A stretch of DNA of 34,484 nucleotides from an uncultured Dehalococcoidia bacterium. Lineage in GTDB: Bacteria > Chloroflexota > Dehalococcoidia > Lucifugimonadales > UBA3495. The notes under the pieces were generated by a model. The model did no database searches. It was not told the origin of the DNA and saw nothing but the letters and a program-made list of their open reading frames with translations. The stretch is from assembly GCA_950072105.1 (NCBI GenBank), contig CATMOE010000040.1, positions 1-34,484 on the forward strand, read 5' to 3'. Shown here piece after piece: positions 9,227 through 17,271 of the stretch (the first letter of the stretch is position 1; each line of letters opens with the position of its first letter). The position numbers were made by a program, and so were the translations under genes.

Positions 9227-9790
9227 TCAACCTGCATCCACCAATGCCTGCATGTCTAGGAAATAGTACCTTGCGTCAACGAAATAGGCATGGCCGCGAA
9301 AGCTGACTTCAACGGTGGTCCAAGAGTCTTCGCCCGGCTCGCGAATGCCGTCCCCGTCGTCGTTCCATGCGGTGGTGCCGTCTTGACCCACGTGCAGCAG
9401 ATCAGCTCCTTGGCTACCTCCCAGAGGGTTCCAGTCGGGTCCGGCGGCGTCACTCGGGGCCAGCGGGGAGCCATCATCCTTATGGTCGAAGGGTCCCACC
9501 TCGTCAACACCCTCGACGCCTTGTTCGCCTCTAGTGATTCGGCCATCTTGGCTGGTTTCATTCCTGCCGATGATGGGATACTGTCTACTCCCCAGGAACG
9601 GATCGTTGTGTAAGTCTGAGTACCAAGCGCTGACCGCCGACTGAATGATCGCTACATCGGCGGTGTAAGACTGTTCGGTTGCCGAGCGCAGGAACTCGTT
9701 GACGCGGGGAATGGCGACCGCCGCCAGCACCCCTAAGATGGCGATGACCACAACCAATTCAACTAAAGTGAAGCCTTTCTGCGCTTTCAA
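9227..9790 (-). CDS. Type IV prepilin-like protein with N-terminal cleavage/methylation motif, ending at an in-frame TGA
   Basis: MKAQKG/FTLVELVVVIAILGVLAAVAIP is a class III signal peptide with G(-1), F(+1) and E(+5). Confidence 0.88.
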   Translation of the reverse strand: MKAQKGFTLVELVVVIAILGVLAAVAIPRVNEFLRSATEQSYTADVAIIQSAVSAWYSDLHNDPFLGSRQYPIIGRNETSQDGRITRGEQGVEGVDEVGPFDHKDDGSPLAPSDAAGPDWNPLGGSQGADLLHVGQDGTTAWNDDGDGIREPGEDSWTTVEVSFRGHAYFVDARYYFLDMQALVDAG

Positions 9791-9846
9791 CAGAACTTCC
9801 CTTGCTCCGTACCTTGACCAGATTACCTATTTATCTACATAACACT

Positions 9847-10290
9847 TTAGGCTAGCTCAACCGCTAACACATCATCCGCAAAGATGATTTTCGGGTGAGA
9901 TAATAGGTAGCCGGGCAATGCGGGATGTCCCCCGGCAACTGCCTCGATTAAGCTCCTTAGAGCGCATTGGGGCGTACATGGGGCCTCACCCAATGCCACC
10001 GGAACGCCGCTAAGCAGCCATCTTGTCCGGGGGAGACCAACCACGATGGCCGCCAGCACGATAATGGTAGCGCAACACGCGATCCAGCCAGGCCAGACTA
10101 TCCAAGCGCCGGCAACCGCGACTAAGTGCAACGCGATCTCCAGCAAGTCTCGGAGTGGGCCCGGCGTGGCTACAATGATCTTCTTTTTGTCTCCTGGAGT
10201 TGAGAAGACCGATGGGAGCCCGATCAGGATGAGCAGAGCGGGGAATATCAGCCAGACGGACAACTGGGCGGCAACCCACGAGCCTGCCAC
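9847..10290 (-). CDS. Small multi-pass membrane protein (YrdB/DUF2568-like); true start uncertain
   Basis: Hydrophobic helices and FSTPGDK..VATPGPLR..LE. The frame stays open upstream (HPFDTPLTSGSRFLAEIIAW) with only an ATA at 10380 as a start-like codon. Confidence 0.55.
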   Translation of the reverse strand: MAGSWVAAQLSVWLIFPALLILIGLPSVFSTPGDKKKIIVATPGPLRDLLEIALHLVAVAGAWIVWPGWIACCATIIVLAAIVVGLPRTRWLLSGVPVALGEAPCTPQCALRSLIEAVAGGHPALPGYLLSHPKIIFADDVLAVELA

Positions 10291-10412
10291 CCATGCGATG
10301 ATTTCCGCCAGAAAACGCGACCCCGACGTGAGCGGAGTGTCGAAGGGATGATGGAACGTGGACCGGCTGGCCTGCTCTATGGGGTTGCCACCATAAATGC
10401 CAACTAACTCTC

Positions 10413-11764
10413 TTAGCGCACCGGTTTCGCGGTCAGTGCTATCCGTACCTCAACTTCATCACCCAGTGTGAGAACCAAACCGGCCGTTGGCGGGCTTATA
10501 CCAAGGTCGTTCCAGCTGAATCTGGTCCGGCCGAGAATGGTTATCACGTCTCCTTTGTCCTGGACCGTGACGTCGAAGCCCAATGGAAACTCGGCGCCAC
10601 GGATATTAAGGGTTCCGGCGATCTGAGCTTTGACTTCATTCCCCTCCGGGAAGCCTTGGGGCAACGCCCCTACATCCAGGAGAGTGAAGATTGCCTTAGG
10701 GTCGTCTGGAAACATAGCGTTCCGGACGTAACGGTCGCGAAACCTCTGGTCGCTCTTCAGTTGATGCAAGTCGATCACAACCGACGACGGACGTCCATCC
10801 AGTGAATATCTCCGGACAGGGCGGTCGTGCGCATCTCGGCATGGTGGGGCAGGGGAATCAGAGCCAGTTGCTCCCGTACCCTGAATGTGGCTCTGGAGTC
10901 TTCCGTGACAACGAAGGTGATTCCGTCGTAGGCGCCGGTTTTCCTTTCAGTGTCGAAGTCGGGTGGCGCCGCGACGGTTCCGTTTGACGGCGGCGGACCT
11001 TGGCCCTGACCCCCACCTCCGCCTTGGCCCTGACCTCCACCCCTTCCTCCGCGACCGTCACGCCCACCGGTGCGGCCGGCAGACATCAGTCCTCCCAACT
11101 CCGGCGTGATCAGGACCGATTGGGCGGTTATGCCGCCGTCTGAAGTCTCTATACCGGTCACAGTGACAAGCTGGCCTTGAGACAATCGTTCCGTTGACAC
11201 CGGAGCGGGCATCATGAAGACGGTTGACGTAGTATCGATCTTCGCAGCGCGAGAACCCAGCTTTGTGTTGATCGTGATGTTGCCATCGTCGATCTTTTCG
11301 ATGGTGCCCACCAGCGCCCGAGTCGCCCTCCCTATTTGGAAGTCGCCTTGATCCTGAAACAGGCTTGTGTTTTCAAGGGAGACGATTACGGCGCGGGCGG
11401 TGATTCCGGAATCAGTCTCCTGGCCCATGTCCAAGTCTTTTAGTGAGCTAGCCGCGAATTCCTGAATAACGGAGTCCGCGGTTAGGTGGACCAAGGAGGC
11501 GCCTTCCAACGTCTGGACAGAAATGGAGTCACCATCGACTTCTCTGACGACGCCGACGACTACGGCCCTGATTCCGGATGGCGTTGGCGGAATGGGAGTG
11601 TTGGAGATTGTTGGGGTGGGCGCTTGGGTGGCAGTCTCGACGATCGGAGACTTTGTAGCTGGTTCGCTGATGGTAGCGCAGGAAACGAAGGATAATGTGG
11701 CGAGGAAGGCCAGGAATACTACCCAGCCGTACTTAAACCTGAGGCCAGCAGGAATCTTCATCAT
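10413..11764 (-). pseudogene. Lipoprotein with two DUF5666-like repeats, a Gly-rich linker and a C-terminal YceI-like domain, split by a 1-nt frameshift near 10802
   Basis: FVSC lipobox and the YceI start SRATFRVREQLA. Adding one base after CAC joins SGDIH-LDGRPSSVV-IDLHQLKSDQRFRDRYVR, which fuses ORFs 10775..11764 and 10413..10778. Confidence 0.8.
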
Positions 11765-11924
11765 TGGCTAGATTTCATCTTTGATATACGGCGGGGCAGC
11801 CGTACTGCAGTATGTCCGAATAGGTGCGGCGATCGCTGTCCGGAGCGGGCACAGCGTAAAAGTCGCGACTATCTTATCATGCCAGATTCGGATAACGGAT
11901 TTTCAAGGAAGAATCATCTGCCGA

Positions 11925-12506
11925 TTATGACTCGCGGGGTATCGGGTCTCCGAGGACGTGCATCAGGCGGTTGGCCCATCCGAACAATGATGCCGTGAGT
12001 ACTAGGTCGAAGATCTCGTCCATGCCCAGGCCCGCGTCCATGAGTTGTCGCACGTCAGCCTCGCCGGCCTCGGACGGGCATTCGGAGAGTTTGGTGGCGA
12101 AATTGAAGATGGCTTTCTGGCGCGGGTCTAGATCCGCGGCCTCGCCCGCACCGAATATGCCTTCGATCACTGTCTCGTCTTTGGCTAACTGGTTGTACCG
12201 GTTTGAGTGGACCGCCGCGCAATAGATGCACCGGTTGACCAACGATGCCGCCACCGCCCCCAACTCCGTCTCCGTTCGGGAGAGCCCGCCGTGGCTGTAC
12301 ATGATTCCGTTAAACAGGGGTGTCCGTTCTTTCAGTGTTTGGGGGTCGTGGGCCAGGACCAACACGTAAGCCCCTACGCCGGTGTCCGAGGGGGTAACCT
12401 TCATGGCTTCAAGCTGTTCTTCACTGGCCTTGTCCAGTTCAACCGGCGTCACTCTAGGCTTCCAGAAGGGAACAACCGTGGTGAAATCCGTGATCGGTTC
12501 GGTCAT
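11925..12506 (-). CDS. AhpD/carboxymuconolactone decarboxylase-like peroxidase-related enzyme
   Basis: GGLSRTETELGAVAASLVNRCIYCAAVH (CxxC..H) and FGWANRL motifs. Confidence 0.88.
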   Translation of the reverse strand: MTEPITDFTTVVPFWKPRVTPVELDKASEEQLEAMKVTPSDTGVGAYVLVLAHDPQTLKERTPLFNGIMYSHGGLSRTETELGAVAASLVNRCIYCAAVHSNRYNQLAKDETVIEGIFGAGEAADLDPRQKAIFNFATKLSECPSEAGEADVRQLMDAGLGMDEIFDLVLTASLFGWANRLMHVLGDPIPRES

Positions 12507-12997
12507 GCGGCTTCCGCCATGAGTCTCAACCCTTTTACCACGCGTACCTGGTACCCCACGAACGCTATCAACTCGGACAGCCGAACGATGTCAGGCTCAA
12601 GGATCCCGGCCGACTTCAGAGCCGCGATATCCGCTTCGGCGGCACGCTTGGGATCAACAGTGACTAGGTCGGTGTGCCGGAGGATGGCCCGGGTGCGTTC
12701 GTCATCGGTGCCGTCGAAGGCAGGGTCGGCTATCGCCTGCCATCCACCACTTTCGGGAATCATGGCTTCAAAGTGACGCGCCAACATCTCTTCATCGCTC
12801 AACCGGGCCATCCGGCAGGCCAAGGCGGCCCTTTCGGCGTGACTGAGCCCCCCGGGGGGTTCCGGCTTAAGGGCGGCGTCGTGGGATGCTTGGGTGAGTT
12901 GCATGACGTCGCTTCGGCCGGCTATCACTGCCGCCAACGGGTGATCGGCGGCGATGCCGGCCGCTTCCACGACGATTGATCTGAATATGTCATCCAT
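12503..12997 (-). CDS. CMD-domain partner protein lacking CxxC
   Basis: GLSHAERAALACR...DIAALKSAG..EPDIVRLSELIAFVGYQVRVV. ATGA overlap with the AhpD-like gene suggests translational coupling. Confidence 0.82.
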   Translation of the reverse strand: MDDIFRSIVVEAAGIAADHPLAAVIAGRSDVMQLTQASHDAALKPEPPGGLSHAERAALACRMARLSDEEMLARHFEAMIPESGGWQAIADPAFDGTDDERTRAILRHTDLVTVDPKRAAEADIAALKSAGILEPDIVRLSELIAFVGYQVRVVKGLRLMAEAA

Positions 12998-13064
12998 ACG
13001 CGGTTTCCGTCAAGAGCAGAGGGCAGTGGAAACAAGTTGTGCCCACTACGGCCTGATGCTCTAG

Positions 13065-13928
13065 TTATCCTACTGGCTGCATCGCCCCTAGCCGAGTAGC
13101 GATGTAGTTCTTCATCATGTCGATGGCCCGGTCCGTCTCAGGACTGGGAGTGTGAACCCAGCGATGTTCGGCGCGGGCGAAAACCTCGAACTCGATGTCG
13201 CCGCCGGCTCTCCGGTAGCAATCAACGAAATGCGCCTGGGTCTCGGGCATCACATTGTCGTCCAATGAACCTTGCAAGACGAACATCGGTGGCAAGGAAA
13301 CCACCTCTCCCCGATCTAGGATCTCTTGGGGGTTGGCCTCGTGAATGCTGTCCCAAGGATTGAAATAAGTCTCGTTGTTGTGCATCATGTTCTGCCGCTG
13401 CTTGCTCTTGGCGTTTTCATAGCGAGCGATGGTGTTGCTGATGGGCGAGCGAGCGATGACGTAGTTCAGGGTAGCGTCCAAATTAGGGGCCTCTTCCAAG
13501 GTGAACTCGTTGTAGCGTGGGTCGTTGGGCCGCATGGCGATCAACTCGACTACATGTCCGCCACTGGAGCTGCCTAAGACACCAAGGGTTTCGGGGTCGC
13601 CGTTCCACTCCCGGGCTTTGGATTTAAGCCAGCGGATGCCATAGTTGGTGTCGGCTACCGAGGCCGGGTAGGGGGCTTCGCTGGCCAAGCGTAGGTCGAT
13701 GGCCACCACCAGGACTCCGCTGGCCGCCAGTTGTTGGTCCACCAGCGCGTTTGCCGTGCGGTCTTGGTCGTTCCAGGCGCCGCCGTGCACGTCCAACAGC
13801 ACGGGGAACGGGCCGTCTCCTTGGGGTTGATATATCCGGGCCATCAATGTCCGTACCGGATCGCGCCGGTACTCGACGTCCCAGGACTTTATCTCGTATT
13901 GCGCCGAAGCGTCGTAGGAGGTCGCCAT
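13065..13928 (-). CDS. Alpha/beta hydrolase (HSL/BD-FAE-type esterase)
   Basis: HGGAW oxyanion motif, GSSSGG nucleophile elbow, QGSLDD and AEH catalytic Asp/His regions. Confidence 0.88.
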   Translation of the reverse strand: MATSYDASAQYEIKSWDVEYRRDPVRTLMARIYQPQGDGPFPVLLDVHGGAWNDQDRTANALVDQQLAASGVLVVAIDLRLASEAPYPASVADTNYGIRWLKSKAREWNGDPETLGVLGSSSGGHVVELIAMRPNDPRYNEFTLEEAPNLDATLNYVIARSPISNTIARYENAKSKQRQNMMHNNETYFNPWDSIHEANPQEILDRGEVVSLPPMFVLQGSLDDNVMPETQAHFVDCYRRAGGDIEFEVFARAEHRWVHTPSPETDRAIDMMKNYIATRLGAMQPVG

Positions 13929-13983
13929 GCATAGGCCTCCATCCGGTCTAAATCATGCTTAGTTGTCATCACGGGTGTGCGGC

Positions 13984-14012
13984 AGCGTACAGTTGGCCGG
14001 AGCGACTGTCAA
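13984..14012 (-). promoter_or_regulatory. Sigma70-type promoter for the hydrolase/CMD genes
   Basis: TTGACA (14012-14007), 17 nt spacer, TACGCT (13989-13984) on the minus strand. Confidence 0.5.
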
Positions 14013-14123
14013 GGGATTGAGCGGTTCGGCGTAGGCTAGCCAACTGGTCACCACAAATATCACCCAAACGGGTGATTTCGGGATCTTCCCCATGGTGCAA
14101 GATGTTAATGAAGATTCCAAGCC

Positions 14124-14309
14124 GTGAGAGACCGGCTGATGAGAGGGTTGAGGGATATGAGGGTTGGATTAGAGAGGGACGATGCCCGGCCGGCGCCGCC
14201 ACGGTTCGCTTTTTGGAGTCTGGGAAGAATCACCCCCGTTGAGTTGATGGCGACCGTGGGAATTCTGGCGATGATGGTCGGTATCATGGTGGGTACGATG
14301 TCAGGCTAA
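14124..14309 (+). pseudogene. Truncated, degenerate prepilin N-terminal fragment
   Basis: GR/ITPVELMATVGILAMMVGIM resembles G/FTLVEL plus hydrophobic helix. E(+5) is kept, G(-1) is R, position +3 is P, and a stop follows the helix. Confidence 0.5.
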
Positions 14310-14339
14310 CCTGCGTTGAACAGATCAATAACTGTGACG

Positions 14340-14366
14340 AAGCCCCGGTTTTACACCGGGGCTTTT
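14340..14366 (+). terminator. Intrinsic terminator hairpin
   Basis: AAGCCCCGGT-TTTAC-ACCGGGGCTT followed by TT. Confidence 0.75.
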
Positions 14367-14604
14367 CAATTTGAGCCGCCGTTTTTCAGGGCAAGATTAT
14401 TGTCCAGGCGTACCGTGGACACCTCCTATGGCTTCAGTTGGGAAATCGCTCGAGTTTCGCTTATTCTTATGAGGTAGTAAACAAAAGCGAGAAGGTCTCG
14501 GTTGAATGGGACTTGAGCAAAGCATCGGCTCGCCTCACACTTTGAGAGTGTGTTAGCTTGTCATTGCTCCGGAAATAGAATCGCCAACCTTCGGCCGCAC
14601 ACTT

Positions 14605-14795
14605 CGTCATTCCGGCACCAGCCCTTCGGCGGAAGAGCGGCTAGGAATCCTGGGTGGCGTCGTCTTAACCATTCCCAGATTCCTCTCCTTCCGCCGAAGG
14701 ATCGGAATGACAGTGGTCGCGGCCGAAATGACGGTGGTCTCCGCCGGAATGACAGTGGTCGCGGCCATAATGACAGTGGTCGCGGTTAGAATGAC
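14605..14795. repeat. GTCATTCCG...CGGAATGAC inverted-repeat element followed by a 21-nt tandem array
   Basis: GTCATTCCG near 14606 pairs with CGGAATGAC at 14703-14711, with an inner CCTTCGGCGGAAG / CTTCCGCCGAAGG pair. AATGAC recurs at 14706, 14727, 14748, 14769 and 14790. Confidence 0.85.
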
Positions 14796-14856
14796 AATTA
14801 TCCAGTTGATCTGGACGGGGTCTTGGTAAAGGCTTTGTGATGGAGTTTTTCTTGAA

Positions 14857-16197
14857 TTGAACTTGGTAAGGTGGCGCAACAAACTAGCGAACTCCCTGCC
14901 CTTCTATTACGGGTGGGTCATCGTCGGCAGTACGGTATCGGTCAGCTTATCTACCCGCACCGTCATGGCGGTGGCTGCCCTATCCGTATTCGTGGTGCCC
15001 ATGACCGAGGACTTGGGGTGGTCCCGGGGGCTATTCTCCGGCGCGGTCAGCCTTGGCGGTCTTTGTGCCGTGTTCATTTCGCCCTTGGTTGGCAAATGGC
15101 TCGACCGGTTTGGCTCGGGACTGTTGCTGTCCGTGGCATCGGTCCTGACGGGGGGGCTGGCCGTGGGATTGTCGATGGTAGGTAACCCGGCGGCCTTCTA
15201 CGCACTCTACGTGCCGGGACGGTTGATCTTCTCCGGTCCCATCGAACTAGGAATCCCCACCGCTATAAGCAATTGGTTCATTCGCCGCCGCCCCCTGGGG
15301 CTCGCCGCCGACGCTGTCGCCAAAGGGGCCGGACTCGCCATCATCCCCTTGCTGGCCCAGTTCATAATCACCGGCTGGGACTGGCGTACCGCATGGCTAA
15401 CACTCGGTATATTGACCTTTGCCCTGGGAGTGATTCCCCCGGTCCTGCTCATGGCCAGGCGGCCGGAAGACATGGGGTTGGAGCCGGACCCGGCCCCTAA
15501 CAAGCCGGTGGAAAGCGTGAGCGCCGTCGCCGAAAGCGAATCACCTTCACCGGCAGCGGTCACCGAGCCTAGCTACACCGAATCTAGTTTCACGGTACGG
15601 CAAGCGTTCCACACCCGGGCCTTTTGGCTCCTGGCAGCCTTCACCGCAGCGGGATTCATGGTGCAGGGCGGCCTGAGCCTGCATCAGGTAGCACACTACA
15701 TCAACCAAGGACTGCCTGGTCCCACGGCGGCGTTGGCCGCCAGCACTTTCGCCTTCTCCCAGATATTCAGCGCCATGTTTTGGGCCGCTCTTGGGAGACG
15801 GGTTCCCGTGCGGTTTCTGCTATCGGCTACGGCGGCTATCGTGGCGGTTGCGGCCTTTGGCACATCGGTCAGCGCGACTTTGCCCGCCGAGTTGGTATCA
15901 GCGGCCACCGTTGGATTCGGGGTGGGAGGTCTGCATCTGTTGGTGCGGCTGGCCTGGGCTGACTACTACGGACGGGAACACCTGGGGACGATACGCGGTT
16001 ACACCATGTCGGCGCAGATCGGCGGGCAGGCGATAGGCCCGGTGTTGGCCGGGTTCATGTTCGATGCCACCGGTTCTTACCAGATGCCCTTTTTGGTATT
16101 CACCGGCGCGGCGACGCTGGCCGCTATCTTGGCTTTGTTCGCCACGCCGCCGAAACTCTCGGCTCTAACGCAGGAGCCGGCCGGCCGGACCGCCTAG
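14857..16197 (+). CDS. MFS transporter (MCT/OFA-like)
   Basis: PFYYGW N-terminus, GKWLDRFG motif A, NWFIRRR, ADYYGREHLGTIRG, and about 12 hydrophobic segments. Confidence 0.9.
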   Translation: MNLVRWRNKLANSLPFYYGWVIVGSTVSVSLSTRTVMAVAALSVFVVPMTEDLGWSRGLFSGAVSLGGLCAVFISPLVGKWLDRFGSGLLLSVASVLTGGLAVGLSMVGNPAAFYALYVPGRLIFSGPIELGIPTAISNWFIRRRPLGLAADAVAKGAGLAIIPLLAQFIITGWDWRTAWLTLGILTFALGVIPPVLLMARRPEDMGLEPDPAPNKPVESVSAVAESESPSPAAVTEPSYTESSFTVRQAFHTRAFWLLAAFTAAGFMVQGGLSLHQVAHYINQGLPGPTAALAASTFAFSQIFSAMFWAALGRRVPVRFLLSATAAIVAVAAFGTSVSATLPAELVSAATVGFGVGGLHLLVRLAWADYYGREHLGTIRGYTMSAQIGGQAIGPVLAGFMFDATGSYQMPFLVFTGAATLAAILALFATPPKLSALTQEPAGRTA

Positions 16198-17207
16198 CTT
16201 GCCAGCAACTCTTTCAGTGCATCGTCGATGAACCGAGTGTCCGCTGGATTTCGGCCCGGACCTCCGCCGATGTGCCCCCAGATCGTCGGGATGACCCGAA
16301 GTTCGGCGTTGGGCATGTGGCTGACCTCGACCTCGTTGTCCTCAGGAGGGAAATACTGGTCCGTTCTTGAGGGCATGACGATCGCTTTGGCCTTGATCGA
16401 GCCCAGGGCCTTCAAGAATTCGCCTTGGTACAGAGGGTTATCGCTGATGTCCCCGTGTTGCCAGGTGTAAACCATGGCCAGGATGTCGTTGGCGTCCAGT
16501 TGAAGGTACCGCCCCTCCCACCCGGTAATCAGATAGTCCTCCAGCGACGAGAACCCCATCTGGAGATACACCCGCTCTCGATAAAAGGCCTGCGACGGCG
16601 CCCACCCGGCGTATACCCGCGCCATCGCCCTAAGTCCCTTGTCGGGAGGACGGTCGTACCAGCCGCCGTTCCAAGCGTCGTCGGCGCGCAACGCGGCCTT
16701 GACCCCTTCCAGGAACACAAAGTTGTGAGGGGAGGTCCTGGCGGAACCGCACCAGGGAGCTATACGCTCGACCATATCGGGAAACACCGCCCCCCAATGG
16801 AAGGACTGTTGAGCGCCCATGGAGAACCCGCATACCAGGGCGATGCGCTGGATGCCGAACTCTTCGGTCACCAAGCGGTGCTGGCACATGATGTTGTCGT
16901 AGTAGGTGGTTCCGGGAAACCTGGCCCGATCGTAGGGCGGCGGAGTGTTGCTGGGAGACGACGACAGCCCGTTGCCGAGAAGATTTGGGATGATAATGAA
17001 ATATTTTTCCGGGTCCAGTGCCATCCCAGGCCCGATCATGGGCTCGTTGGCCGGATGCTGGGAGCCGAAGAAGGTGGGAAACACGATAACGTTGTCTTTC
17101 GCGGCATTCAGGTTTCCGTAAGTCTTGTAAGCCAGTTTAGCGCCGCGGATCCTCAGCCCGGACTGAACGTCGATGTCTCCTAACTCGAAGATCTGGTGGT
17201 CGATCAT
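16194..17207 (-). CDS. Alpha/beta hydrolase of the homoserine O-acetyltransferase (MetX)-like family; substrate uncertain
   Basis: LAYKTYGNLNAAKDNVI, NLLGNGLSSSPSN, GFSMGAQQ, DQYFPP and WGH motifs. Confidence 0.85.
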   Translation of the reverse strand: MIDHQIFELGDIDVQSGLRIRGAKLAYKTYGNLNAAKDNVIVFPTFFGSQHPANEPMIGPGMALDPEKYFIIIPNLLGNGLSSSPSNTPPPYDRARFPGTTYYDNIMCQHRLVTEEFGIQRIALVCGFSMGAQQSFHWGAVFPDMVERIAPWCGSARTSPHNFVFLEGVKAALRADDAWNGGWYDRPPDKGLRAMARVYAGWAPSQAFYRERVYLQMGFSSLEDYLITGWEGRYLQLDANDILAMVYTWQHGDISDNPLYQGEFLKALGSIKAKAIVMPSRTDQYFPPEDNEVEVSHMPNAELRVIPTIWGHIGGGPGRNPADTRFIDDALKELLAS

Positions 17208-17271
17208 TATAGGAACCTCGCTCGCTGGTTAGCTGTCTACTCTACCGGAAATGGGATCATGGTGGAGTCGG

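Noticed and set aside
9200..9229. Selenocysteine at the pilin TGA (and likewise at 33934)
   Set aside because: Neither is a redox Cys-type position, and I found no well-placed SECIS-like hairpin downstream.
14706..14795. 21-nt periodic repeats as a mini CRISPR array
   Set aside because: The units are contiguous with no unique spacers of about 30 nt, and no cas genes are in the window.
16194..16197. Overlaps of convergent gene ends (also 23320-23330 and 27305-27308)
   Set aside because: Short stop-codon overlaps are common in compact genomes and carry no special signal.
16194..17207. Calling this gene metX
   Set aside because: The fold family matches, but context is catabolic and the sequence alone does not establish homoserine acetyltransferase activity.
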